Source: Octopus sinensis (lineage: Eukaryota). Taken from it: a stretch of DNA of 64,000 nucleotides. Of the stretch, positions 23,636 through 37,363 are shown piece by piece. The stretch spans positions 91,760,001 through 91,824,000 of the forward strand of contig NC_042999.1 in NCBI RefSeq assembly GCF_006345805.1. The letters run 5' to 3'. The notes under the pieces are model-generated. The model was not told the origin of the DNA and did no database searches. It saw only the letters and a program-made list of their open reading frames with translations. Numbering within the stretch: position 1 is the first letter of the stretch; each line of letters begins with the position of its first letter. The position numbers and the translations under genes were made by a program.

Positions 23636-25850
23636 ATGTATGCATGTATGTATGTATGTATGTATGTACGCATGTATGTATGCATGTATGTATGCATGTA
23701 TATGTGTATGTATGAATGTATGTATGTATATGATGTATGATATATATATGAAATTGCAAATGCACAGTGATTGAGTGATACAGATACGCGAATAGAGAAA
23801 CGTACGCACAGTCTAATACTCATAACCTGTTTAACGCTTTTTCTTTGTGTACACACGTCTCATTTAATAGTCAAGGATGGATAGTATGGTAACATGACGT
23901 CATCGAAAGGATATTTCTTTCATAGCGAAACTAAACATTAACTCTCGTGGATACTCGAAATTTATAAGTCCTTTTAAAGAAACAACAATACTGTATGAAG
24001 CTAAGGAAAATATTTTTTATGTTACCAGTCACTCTGATACAAATAGCAGTTAAATTTTATTCAAGTTAAGACAAATGAGTTGAATATGCATTTTATAATA
24101 TAGTTCTAAATGCTCACTACTAGAGAAAATGATGAAACTCTCATTACTCATAAGGTCCTCGAACTGGATCTGTTCAGTTAGCGTTGATTTGGAACTAAAC
24201 AAGAACCAAGGGAGAATGGTATAGATCTAATGTATGTATTCGATCGTGGTATACATCTTCCCGCATTCTAATGTAATAACCTGGCGTTGAATCTAGGCAA
24301 GTTGATAAAATAAGAATGTAGTGATAGCCACGGCTGTTTAATATGTTAACGCCTTATTAATATTTAGATAAAACTAATCCTTAATTAGGAAACATTGAAA
24401 TGATAATAGTGAAGAAGGGAAATTTTTGCGTGAAACACGCATTCACTGATTTCGATTATGGAGCGGAGTTTGCCCTTGATATGCAGCGTATCATACCTGG
24501 AAAATTTTTTATTGTGACTGACGTGCGCTTTTTTTAATATTTTTTGTATATTTATTGAAGAATGGAACAATATGCGAGAGGCTAAGCAAATAACTCTATC
24601 ACACTAGCATATAAAATGTTAATGATACATTGTGCTTAATAAATCACATCTAATCTATCAGTTAAATATTATTTTGCTATGGTGTTATGATCTTTTAACT
24701 GTAAGAGATGGAGAATACGATAGAGAGAGAGAGAGGTAGAGAAGGATAGAAGGAATGTAAATCTGGCAATATAAAAATTGTAAATTACTCAAACGAGGAA
24801 AGAGTGCACAGTAAGAGAAAATAGATAGAAATAGGGGAGAGTTAAATGGTACATGATATTGTGAATGCATTACGACTATGCACATAACTTCGTCTGGGTA
24901 GATAGTGTTGCAGAATATATATAGTACGATGGAACTAGCTGATTCAACCAGAATGTGCAATTCATCACCGCCTAATAACAGGGTAGATATTACTGACCCT
25001 ACTTGCCATAAATTTATTGAATACAAAAAAAGATTTAACAAGAAACACGTATTATTGTTGTGCTTCAATTATGTAGGAGCAATTAAAATAATTTTTGTTC
25101 AAATATTTCCTTAAAATTAATTGAAGGATCGCATAAATAATATATAGCTTCAATACACTTGAATGATAAGGAAATCTGGTTAATCTGACGTGGGAAGCGT
25201 AAAACACTTTAAATGAGTGTATTTGATAAAAACAGAGAATTTGCAGATCGAAATTATACTAATATAGAACATTGTGAAAAGCAATCATAATTCCACCGAG
25301 GTGAAAAGCAATAAAATTTTAAAGCATCTTCGTTTTCGGCGTGCTTTATCCCATTGAAATGCGCTTCAGCAAAAGAACCATTTAAATTACAATTAAACGC
25401 CACATAGAAATGTTAGAGGTATCAAGGGGATAAAGATTCAATGGGAGCTGAATGGATAATACATATAAATATAAAGTATATGTTAATGTTTCCGAACCGA
25501 ATCATCATAACATCGTTTAGTAGCATGAAATGAGAGGATGATTAAATTTAGTTAAGAAATTTGTACATAAATTCTGATCATAAATATAATTCCCAAGTCA
25601 GGTGAAAAATATTTTCGGACAATGCATATTTGGACACACACATACTCGCACGCACACACGAACGCGCCCGCGCACGTGTACACACTCACGCACACACATA
25701 CGTACACACGAAATCACAAGCACCTCGCACATGTATGTGTATATGTCTATATATCTATATGTAATATATATTTATATATGTATGTTTATATATATATTTA
25801 TATATGCATATATATTATACATATGTATGTATATATATGAATGTATATAG

Positions 25851-25897
<47 letters not shown>

Positions 25898-25910
25898 ATA
25901 TATATATGTA

Positions 25911-25964
<54 letters not shown>

Positions 25965-26437
25965 TATGACATTATACACACGTAGGTACAAACACACACA
26001 GATATATATGCATATGCATGTATACATATCATAAAAGGGCATAACTTTGTTTATGAATATATTTATTTACCTGAACGCATCTGTTTGTTTGCAAAAATCT
26101 ACATAGCAACACGTATATATAATGGTATATAGAGCTTAGCGTATATATTTCCCTATGTAATTATTAAATATTTTACATAGGCGTTAAAACATTGTTGTAA
26201 GGGATAAATTGAGAGCTGATGTCAACAAAGAGAAACTTTTCGTAATATACGAAACAGATAAAAATATCGTGCATCCTATATCATTACATATCTCTTTTAA
26301 CAAACCCGATAATATCCGCTAATGGCTCGTTACAGAAGGATATATAAAGCTTCATTGAATTTTTGTATCTAAAGAGTGTCATGAAATAGAGTTTCATTAA
26401 AGATACACACATACCTACACAAACGCGCGCGCGTATC

Positions 26438-26494
<57 letters not shown>

Positions 26495-27001
26495 ATGAAT
26501 ATATCATATTTAAACACACACACATATATACACACGCGCGCTCTCATTTACATCAACATGCACAAACAAATACACACGCTTACGAACGCATACACACTCA
26601 CACATGCGCACACACAGAGAGAATTTTATTTGTGTAGGATATACAACCTATTTCTAACAAATTTCGATTTAAATATACTTTAGCTTCCATTGAGTTCTTA
26701 GAAAAATCTTTACACCGAAAATTTACATCCGTATTGATCGCCGTACTGTCGGATTCCCTCATTATATCGTATGACAGCGTTCTTTTACTTGCTGTTAATT
26801 ACTATGGAAACATTTAGATTGTTGGATTTCTTATAAAATGATAAGATGATGATAAATAATAAACGAATAAAAATATCTTGGCTGTTTCTTACAGCGTTAA
26901 GAACAAAATTGAATCTATCATGATACAAATGTATATGATTAAGCGTTCAGTGTAGCGGAATATAAATAATTTTGTGTGTATTTGTGTGTAGTTTTGTGAG
27001 C

Positions 27002-27047
<46 letters not shown>

Positions 27048-27599
27048 TGTGTGTGTGTCTGTGTGAGCGCGCACGCTTCAAACGCGTATCATTTTCATGA
27101 GAAATAATACTCTGAACAATGGCGTTGAGAAACAGCAACTCATGAAGGGCAACGACCCAAAAATTATCACCTATCTAATTTTGTTGCGAATTTGTTTATT
27201 CCTTCTGCATGATTACTGTGTATGTGATGGACTATGAATAATTACATTATTAAGCTGATATATTTTCGTAATGCATATTTCGAAAGATTAGTAATAATGT
27301 ATGGTAAAATTTCGTCTTACCTTTGTTCTAAAACAATTTTCTTTTGGACATTCATGAGTTAGGAGTATTCCCTTTTTGAGTGACTTATGAGAATAGGATG
27401 ATTTTTTTTATAGAGAGAGTCATAGTCTCGAGTTAAGTGACAATATATGCGTTTAATGCAACAACGGTTTAATAATTATAATTAATGTCTATTCTCCTGT
27501 CACACTAATAGCTAGTAATTCTGTAAAATATACATGTAAATATTAGTAGATTGAGTCATTAATAGCAAAGTTTCTTCACCAAGAGTAATGTTCTTCATC

Positions 27600-28500
27600 A
27601 GCAGTGAAACACCAAGATAAAATTAATCACCGTAAGTAACTGCCAAACTGCCAGTAACAAGAAATCCACATCTCTTTTAATAAATTCGCAGAACAAAGAG
27701 ATATCTAACGCCTTATTAGAAATACATTCGATAGCGGATGGTACGAGAACCTCCTTAAAAGGAATGTTTAAGAGATATTCGAAAAATCTATTAAACTTTA
27801 TCTCAGACTCCTCTAAAAGGAATTACAATCAGTTACCATTAATCTCTTACAACTTTGCACATATATGACACGAATCTAATACTTCCTATCTTTTAAATGC
27901 AATGCTGAGGCCATTGTTTTTATCGCTTATAAATACCCTTCTAACACTGAACACATTATCATACCTTTCATTCATTAGCTGTCAATTTTCAAATATTCGA
28001 TAATATTAGGATATCGTACATATTTTCAAAAAACAGCGGCTACATATCACTTCTCATGAACATCTCCCAAATTAAATCATTTATCTTATTACACAGTGTA
28101 GAACTTACTATCTTAAGCTCTGACTCTGTTATTCATTAAACTACAACAAAACAATTTAGTTTTCTCTGATCTGAGAAGATATTGCTTCTAGGAAACAATA
28201 AGAACACTGTACTTAGATATATTGTGCTCATACATAAAATTCTATACGCTCTTTCATCACTGTCGACTATATTGAGAGGAAACATCGAATAAGAGAGCCA
28301 GCATGTGGTTTTTACATGTAATCAAATCTGCATCCGCTCCCACCCTGCCAACTTATAAAACAAAGACTCACAGCACAAAGAAGTCCTCTGCACAAAACAA
28401 ACATAAGACCATCATCATCGAAAGAACTTTCATCATAAGTCTATTCAATCAGTACTGATCTGAGAGCAACGTCTCTACCGTGTACCCACGTAAGGAGTTG
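27600..28500 (+). mobile_element. Highly decayed retroelement-like sequence (possibly Penelope-like)
   Basis: Only weak motifs (P.NL.KQRLT-like at ~28345-28375); many stops. Confidence 0.25.
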
Positions 28501-28879
28501 AAATCAACAACGCAGTAAGCAAATCGCCCATATTACTGTGCTGCCACCGAAGTGTCTCATCATATAGTAGCTATTTACTTCTAGATGGGCTGGGTTATTT
28601 TGGCGTTAATATAAAGACTGATAAAAAAATTCCAATCCATAATACCTAATTCAGAAATACCAATGTATAGTGCCTGTTTACTGCTAATCGGTTTGGGTTA
28701 CTGGGAATTACGTGGTTGCAATCAGAATCCAGTATTTGTTATATAGTATGAATCACCAAACTATAGCGTTCGTCTAATCGCTCTGCTGCAGTGCGAGTTC
28801 ATAGGCGGCATTGAAGACCTGAACTCTTGTGTCTCTAGTGGTTCCAGTCACTGCCACGCACTTCTCGCCATATATATCA

Positions 28880-29790
28880 TTGAAATAATTGCTTTCCACA
28901 ATGCTCACACCCACGATGATATACTGCTAGTCAATACTATCCAACCTTACCAAAGTTTCCGGGTACAAATTCCACGGATATACAACATAGACACCTCACG
29001 CTGAATCTGCATTGAATACATGAATAAAGACATGGAAAATAACCTGCCAAGAAGTTTCATTCGTGACCCATTCGACAATACAAAGACATATTAAGTACAC
29101 GTTACAAGAAAAATATTTTCCTTGCTATACATATATTCACGGCACTCAACTAATGCATTCAAGATCCCTAGAAACACTAAGTTTCACCATCACTAGTGAT
29201 CTCTCCTGACGAATGCAGTTCCTCAATATGGCCAAAACTGCATCACAGAATTGGACTTCCTTTACAAAGCCAGAGAATACCTCATTTATCCATTGTCAAC
29301 TAACTCTCTTCAAAGCTCAGGTTAGATGAAAACCACAATAGATGACTGCTGGTACATAAACAATTTACTGCTGATATACACACAGACAACCTACACTGCA
29401 TCCAAAGAAAACCCACTCGACTGATTAGTATGAAGCTACCCCTAAACATACAGCAGCTTCTGTTCCTCCTCTGATGAGCTGTTTGCTTTTTTAACATTGA
29501 TACTCCAGTGATCTTTCCCCCACTACTTGAGTGTTTTTTTTTCTATAAATGCTACAGTGGTTTCTATCCCTTGGTGCTCGATATCAGGTACCTTCTACAT
29601 TAAAGCACTTCCAAATCTCTAGTAGCTAATTCTCTTGTCATTCATAACATTTTTGCTCCTCCAAGTGTCGTACTAACATGTATATGCTCAGTCCTGGCTC
29701 TCAAGAATGCTGTGTCTCCTTGGTAACCTTCTTGTGCATGTGTGGTATCCCTGCAGCTGTAGAATTGCAACTAAGCAAAGGAAACTGTAA
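28880..29790 (+). mobile_element. Degenerate CR1/L2-like LINE, RT C-terminal half to 3' end
   Basis: Motifs HTHDDIL (YADD-like), SLETL..TITSDLS*R, AKTASQ.LDFL..AREYL, TLFKAQVR, RTNMYAQS. Confidence 0.65.
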
Positions 29791-31150
29791 CTAGGTCGAT
29801 CCGTATAATATCTGAGACGCAGCGAAGACCATAGGCACCACCGCGTTTTCAGTATCGCCAGCATCTACGTAATTGGACCGGTTGATAGTTAAATATCTAC
29901 TAACAGACTGGATAACAGGTAACCTTACATATGATACAAGTCTATCGTACCTAATTGCAAGCAGAGCGGCTGAATTACTTGAAAGTGACGTTGCAACATA
30001 CGCAATATGATGTTTCGACCGGCTGTCTTTTTGTTATATCATGTATATTCTCTCCACACTCACAACTACCTCTCCCATTAGTGAAAAGGAATAATTAATA
30101 AAATAACAGTAATCAATCAACTCCCGACATCTTTGGGAAATCTTATTCTAATTCTAACACCATCAACGCGAGCCAGTAAGGATGCTTTATGTAATCTAGT
30201 GACCAGTAAAAAATAGCAATTTAATGTCCCTCAATTACCTATCTATCATTATAAAAGAAAGGACATTATATAATGTAGTCCTCGGTATACGACATTTGAG
30301 AAAACGGTGTGCATGGTTGGAATGATCAACAACAAAAACTACACAATCAACATGATAAAGAGTCTACTATACGATGGAAATATTGGATGTCCATCTATTA
30401 CTGAAGTATCAACTAGAAATAACATTTTCGTAGCATAGATTTTTAATGTTGATCAAATACGATGGTCATGTCAGGTTTTATTTGTTTTGTTTTTACCTTT
30501 AATTTTGCTAGACGTTCTACTCACAAATATACTTTCCAGGAGACAAATTAATCGATATGCTACACAGGCATAACTACTTACCACATCATAAAATAAAACT
30601 CTCAACTATAATATATGTGTATGTAAAATACGATGGCAAGCTTAATGTGTCCCACAATTTAAATGATGAAGAAGAAAATAAACATGTTACCCCATCTGTC
30701 ACATTTTACGAAAACATAGAATGGCTTTTTCATAAAATGCCTTATAGTTAGTGTTCGTCTTGTAAATAAGATTGTGTACCAACTGACGATCCAGTCCGAC
30801 CTCGAAATATAGACTAAATTGTGTATAAATACGGAGAATGCTGTTTAATTCCCAAGATAACAAATAGTACGATGTATATTTTAGACTGATTGTTTAATAA
30901 ACAGCATTAAATTTTGTTTAAATGTATACGTATAATACACTCTCACACACGCGCGCGCGAGCACTCACGCACACACACAATTATCATATGCAATAGTATT
31001 CATAATTTACCTGCATTGGTATTATAAAGATATATATAACAACTGGTTGTGAAACTTGTAATACAATGTGAATTTCATTATACAAGTCATAATTTGTATT
31101 TGCATTTTTAGAAGTAACTCCCTACGTTCAACCATCGGCAGATTTCAAGC

Positions 31151-31193
31151 GATCCCTGATGAATATTTAATTAAATACGAAACTTGTCGGCTC
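31151..31193 (+). ncRNA. Minimal type I hammerhead ribozyme-like motif (G10.1>A)
   Basis: gatcc CTGATGA a tattt aatt aaata c GAAA c tt GTC ggctc: core boxes, stem II, 2-bp stem III, GUC triplet and 4/5-bp stem I. Confidence 0.55.
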
Positions 31194-31769
31194 AATTTCC
31201 ACTTACACCTGCGTAAATACTGCGATTTAGACTACAGTGGCTTTTAACTTAGGGAGTCTATATTTAGTAAATATATGATATATAAATTATGTGTACATAT
31301 TTATACATCAATTCTCTATATTCAATTATATAAGTGTGCGCGCTTGTATGTATATTTTTGTATAAATATACATGGCGCTTTTATCAACTTTTTAAATTCT
31401 TTGATAAAAAAAAGATAACTTTCAAGCCACCCAAACCCTGTCTTATTGTTTAAAATTTGCTCTTATTCTATGGTTTCTTAACGACCTTATAAATGTGTCT
31501 AATGCACGTTGCGGTTTCTGCATTCACTTCTCCTAAAGGTAAACAATGTATATAATGTTTATCATATGCTACATTCAACATATAGGAACAAAATTAGATT
31601 TGACAGAATAAATAACAACTTACTGTCCGTATTTTGTTTTTGTCTTTTATATACTTTCTGGACAATCTTCATTGGTATTCCGTGTAATCTGGAATAAGTT
31701 GTAGTCGCTAACTGCGATTTATTGAATCACTTGTAACCACCCCAAATACGTTTGATGATGTACCTGTTA

Positions 31770-32860
31770 TAGTTTCAAAAATAGACACAAGGTCAATTCA
31801 TTTGGTGATGGGTAGTGGATTAAACTGAACCCAGTCTTTGACAAATGCTTTATTTTTACGGTGTGCAGGGAGGAATAGAGGCAAAATTAACATCGGTGCC
31901 ATCTGAATTCAGATCAAAAACATCCGAATAAGATAATGCAAGATAAGTTGTTTGACGTTTTAACGACTCAACTATTTCATTACTATCCATGTGCTTATGA
32001 GAAAGATCATTTGATTAAGTGCAGGTGTGATGAAATGGCATGATAGGTAGGGCCTCAAATTCGGTGGTGGTCAAATTTGTCTTTTTTTCTTTCGAGTCGG
32101 TAAATAAAATCCAACAGAACTTTTCGTATTATGTTTAAATCAGAGGCGGCGAGTTGATAGAAGGGATACCACGCAAGAAAAAATGGTTAGCGGCATTTCT
32201 TCTGGCTTTACGTTCTGGGTTCATATTCTCTCGAGGTCGACTCTGCCATTCATCCTTTCAGAGTCGATGAAATAGGTAGAAATTAAATATCGGGATCGAT
32301 AAAAACAACTTGTCCTCAATATTCAAATTTCAGGCCCTGTGCCAGTTCTACAAAACATTATTAAGATGACGCGGTGGCAGAACTATTTGCACTTCGGAAA
32401 AAATGCTTTGCAGCAATTCACCCGTATTTACGTTCTGTGTTCAAATTCTGCCGCCTTTGTCTTTCATCCTTTGCGTTCCCACTTACCATTAGAAAGTCGG
32501 GCATAAATGTTTAGTGGCATTTCGTCTGTCTATGTTCTGAGTTTAAGTTCTGCCGTGGTCTTTCATGGTCGATAAAATAAGTATCAGTTGAACACTGAAG
32601 TCCATGTAATTGATTGTACCCCTCCTCCGAAAATCCTGGCCCTGTACCAAAATTTGTGACCAATATGAAAGGTGTTAAGCCTAGAGATTAACCATTTAGT
32701 TATTTCGCTTTACGAGCCGAGTTCGACTTATTATAAATGTTGACTGTATTTCAGTCTTCCGGGATCGTTACCATAAACACCAGTTTAGCGGTGGGTTTGA
32801 TATAATCGCTATTACACTCTTCCAACATTAGTAAATTTGTTCATAAGTTAGAAATCATGA
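31770..32860. mobile_element. Cluster of degenerate SINE family A copies (one minus, several plus)
   Basis: aggcggcgagttgatagaag at 32144; ttacgttctg..ttca repeated at 32208, 32428, 32533; tails ggccctgtgcc/accaaaattt. Confidence 0.7.
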
Positions 32861-33007
32861 CACTGTTATGATGCATTCATTTTAATACACCTTTAACCTG
32901 CAAAAACAGAACCTCTCTCTGACAAATTGTAAGTAGTGTAGGCATATCAATAAATCCATATCGACTATTTATCTCTCTCCCTTTGCATCTCTTCCGCTCC
33001 ATTCCTC

Positions 33008-33045
<38 letters not shown>

Positions 33046-33378
33046 ATCTCTCCCTCATACATGTACACACACACACACACAATTATGATTATACATAAAT
33101 AAAAGTATACATTCATATATATATATATATGAATCGCACACACACACACACATACACATATATATGTATTATATATATTTCGTTTTTGGATTAGGTTTGC
33201 AAGATTCTTTATGTGAGTTCGTGTGTTGAAGCATATTCTGTTGTGTCTTGGGAGGGTCATCTTCTGTTTGTGTCTTATAATTTAACACACTCGCCGGTAA
33301 AATTTCCACTTATTTGTTATTTTCATTTTCCTAAAATTTTCGTTGCGTCTTGCAAACTTTTCAATAGTCTTCAATATA

Positions 33379-33468
<90 letters not shown>

Positions 33469-33492
33469 GCATATATATATATGTATTATATA

Positions 33493-33531
<39 letters not shown>

Positions 33532-33580
33532 CATACAACATACATACATACATACATACATACATACATACATACATACA

Positions 33581-33610
<30 letters not shown>

Positions 33611-33611
<1 letters not shown>

Positions 33612-34013
33612 CAGGGACGTGCCACCTAGGTAGGCAAGGTAGGCAGTACCTACCCTGAAAATATAGATCGATAGTAATATTTTCCTTTTCTGACACATTA
33701 TGCACCTAATTCAATAAAATTATGAAGTTTACTCTGATTATTATGCATAAAATGCAAAATATTTCATTTTTTGTAGATTAGGTAGGCATAATTCGCCCCT
33801 GCCTTTCATTCTCAGTATTAGAGTTACACATAGTATTGGTGTAGTACACGTGCGGTGTACATTCATACAACAACGTTTACGCGCTAGAAAGGCAGTAGTA
33901 AATCTACCTCCAATTCAGTCGCGTGCCTGTGTTTCGCTTATTTTTTGGCGTGTCTTACAACATAAAGGTCACCAACTGCCTAACCTGAGTAATTACTGAG
34001 GTCATGTGCCTGA
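33611..34013. mobile_element. Possible hAT-like MITE
   Basis: Ends tcagggacgtgcc and ggtcatgtgcctga are 10/13 inverted matches; CAGGG-type start; embedded in (CATA)n/(TA)n; no TSD resolved. Confidence 0.3.
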
Positions 34014-34042
34014 TACATATATATATATATATATATATACAT

Positions 34043-34126
<84 letters not shown>

Positions 34127-34128
<2 letters not shown>

Positions 34129-34330
34129 CAGGCCCTGTCCTATTTAACATTGTCCCAAAACAGATCAGAGAGGAAAAGGATCCCATCACCTTTATACGGA
34201 ATCTTGACAAATTTCTTCAAGGAATACCAGATAAGCCACCTATACCTGGATACAACTCAACAAGAACTTCCTACTCGAATGGACCATGATACCACAAACC
34301 TTGACTTAAAAAGGATTAAGATAATCCTAT
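34127..34330 (+). mobile_element. CR1/L2-like LINE 3' end
   Basis: GPVLFNIVPKQIREEKDPITFIRNLDKFLQGIPDKPPIPGY resembles the C-terminal GP.LFN.LP..IR...F...LD.FL..IPD.P motif. Confidence 0.7.
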
Positions 34331-34354
34331 TTTATCTAAGTTATATATATATAT

Positions 34355-34693
34355 AAAGGGTAAAGACCCCCTTCGGTCATGAATGACCATGGGATTGCAC
34401 CTAGAAAGTTACCCTCCTAGACACAAGTCCGGGCAAGGTTGTTTATGGAAGACCAGCAGTCGCCCATGCAGACCAGCCTCCCCTCTCCACGCCACCAGTG
34501 TTATCCAAGGGAAAGACAAAGGTCGATACAGCTTGGCACCAGTGACGTCGCAACTCATTTCTACAGCTGAGTGAACTGGAGCAACGTGAAATAAAGTGCT
34601 TTGCTCAAGAACACAACACGCAGCCCGGTCCGGGATTCGAGCTCACAACCTCACGATCGTAAGCTCGACGCTCTAACCACTGAGCCATGCGCC
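34355..34693 (-). mobile_element. Near-intact tRNA-derived SINE (family C head, distinct body) in (TA)n
   Basis: Reverse complement ggcgcatggctcagtggttagagcgtcgagcttacgatcgtgaggttgtgagctcgaatcccgg has A and B boxes, followed by ~260 bp of non-tRNA body. Confidence 0.9.
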
Positions 34694-34727
34694 TATATAT
34701 ATATACATATATATATATGTGTGTGTC

Positions 34728-34831
<104 letters not shown>

Positions 34832-36019
34832 ATATATTTATACTTTGGAATATATTGTTGGTCACTGGCATGAGTTCAGCGTTTCTCTTCTTACACAGCA
34901 AATAATTCCTTTAAAAAGATCCTATCATACATGTATTCAGCAACTATTCCATCAGTTTGTAGTATATGCAAACACATACATTCAAGTGTACATACGTACA
35001 TACACACAGATATATATACATACATACATGCAAGAAAAACCACACTCACATGCAGGTAGGTATGTATTTATACGAATATACACGTACATTCGAGTGATTT
35101 TATAAAGCAGTTATTTTTTCTCTCCTTCTTTGCATAGGCACCAGGGGAATTCATGCGGTTATAATAACATCCAATTCCGAGATGTATATAAAATACATTT
35201 TACTTCTGCATGGATTAGCATAAAATGTATTTACACGAGTTATTTTGTCTTTTAAGCTTCAGAAAATTTGTAATACTTAAGATAAGTTTTATTTTGTTCA
35301 GCTCACCTTTTTGTTACTCTGATTCCATGATTATATTTTAAATAGGCTCGAGCATGTGTGCTTGTCGGACTTTCTTTTTTAATTATTTGCATTCTCGCCA
35401 TAAGCTTGAAATTAGTATTTAACCAATAAAATGTTCCAACACAGGAATTTGGATAACAAAATCGACGGCTTACAGGTTAAACTTTAAAAATATCTTGCCA
35501 ATTTTTTATTTTCTTCTTAGACTATTTGTTAGCTCGCAGCTATATTTGACTGAAACCACGGATTTTCGTCATCATCACAAACTTTGACTAGCACCGCTAG
35601 GCAACAATTAGATATATACGTTATTCGTGTAAATTTATAATTTATAATTTGGGAAAAAAACTGTAGGTTTCAAGGCAGTTTACAAATATTTTCTTTCTCA
35701 CTGACCTTAGAAGAAATATACGCATTCAGGACACACTAGCATAAATATATACGCCCGTATGCATGGCCAGGGGTGAGATTTATATGTATGTACTTAGGTG
35801 ATCGAGTATAAACTAGTATTCTCTATTAAGGTATTGAGTAGCTTTCCTTCGTTGGATGAAACCAAAAGATAGATGCACACATATGCATGTATTTACATAT
35901 GTAAATAAAGAAAATTCTAAATATGTTTTAAGAACTTATTCTTAAAACCTGTTACTTATTCTATCGGCCTCTTTTGCCGGATCGGTAATTACAGGGATGT
36001 AAACAAGCCAACACCTGTT

Positions 36020-36400
36020 TTCAAGCTGGAAAAAATTCAACGCTACTACACTAAAAAGTTTACCAGGCTGGAAAAAATTACAACTTTGCTCTCTAAAACG
36101 AAGACATGAAAGATAGGCAATAATTTACAATTAGAACACCGTGGAAGAGCTAACATCTAATTTCGGCATCAAGTGATGTACAAAAACCCTGATGTAATAT
36201 TCATTCTATTTAAAATGAAGACCTGATACTGGATGCAACAACTTGGGGTTTAAGAACCTATAAGTGTATTGTGCTCTGCCAAAAGAATTATAAAACTATT
36301 AAAATGTGGATGTGGAGGCTTTCAAAAAGGAATAGGATATTCTATCATCCACAATATCTCATGAGCCTACGTCATTGGAGGCTATCCATCTACTTTTCGT
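36020..36400 (+). mobile_element. Degenerate CR1/L2-like LINE C-terminal remnant
   Basis: KLEKIQRYYTKK...LQLCSLKRRHER*AIIY...NFGIK...LPKEL..NVDVEAFKK. Confidence 0.65.
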
Positions 36401-36419
36401 TTAGAATATCCAACTGTCT

Positions 36420-36899
36420 TCAAAGACAGTTGCTCCCATAAATTCCTAAAATAAAATTTAGGATTTATGGAAGGTCAACGTTTGAAAGAAGAAAATGACA
36501 GTGGAGACATAAGGAAACCAAACGAAAACAAACATGGAAGATTATTAGACCAGAGCGAAAGGAAAATAGAGAACGCTGAGAGAAACATTTTTTGAAAAGA
36601 GAAAAGATAGAAGAGAGGGAGAAAAATACGTCTGTTTGTTTAAACGTACGTGCAGGGAAATAAAGATGGTCACATGAGGAAAAGAAAGATGGACGATGGT
36701 CACGTGTGAGCAGTGATAAAGAGAGACAGAGACAGAGAAAGAGGGGAGAGAGAGACAGATACAAAATGGTGAAAGAGAAAGGGGAGGAAAAGGGAATTAG
36801 AGAAGGATGGAGGAAAAAACAATATAGAGCAGGGAGTGGTACCAAAAAGTTACTTTCAATTAAATAATAAATGTTATATAATATATATATATATATTAT

Positions 36900-36966
<67 letters not shown>

Positions 36967-37135
36967 GTATATAAGGGTTACAGGGTGTCACCAACGGTGC
37001 AAATCATATGAACGAGGGAAAAATGAGGGAATTTCGTAGACAACGAGACTCTGTGTTAACTTGTTCTGTTTTCCATTTTTCTCGTTGTCTACGTAGTTCA
37101 AGTTATTTGTATTGTTGGTGACGTCCTGTACTCAT
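36420..37135. mobile_element. Penelope-like terminal fragments, including a small palindrome of two ends
   Basis: 36420-36830 resembles 44150-44290 and 53420-53700 (acagttgctccc, gatggtcacgtg); 36979-37130 carries the tgtt(g)gtgacgtcctgtac terminus seen at 44455-44477. Confidence 0.55.
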
Positions 37136-37329
37136 ATATACATGTATATATATATATACGAGAGAGAGAGAGAGAGATACATGAGATTATGTATGTATGC
37201 ACATATGTATGTATATATATATGCCAACTATTGTATGCAGGTGTAAATAAATAGAAACTGCTCTAAAATATGGATTCTCCGGGATAACATACATACACAC
37301 ACTTACACACACATACACACATACAAACA

Positions 37330-37363
<34 letters not shown>

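Noticed and set aside
24389-24487. Possible exon (GNIEMIIVKKGNFCVKHAFTDFDYGAEFALDMQ)
   Set aside because: Weak acceptor and donor; no recognised homology.
34620-34693. tRNA-like sequences here and at 2935-3008, 12461-12500 and 60404-60480
   Set aside because: They are SINE heads continuing into SINE bodies; no complete cloverleaf with a proper acceptor stem is evident.
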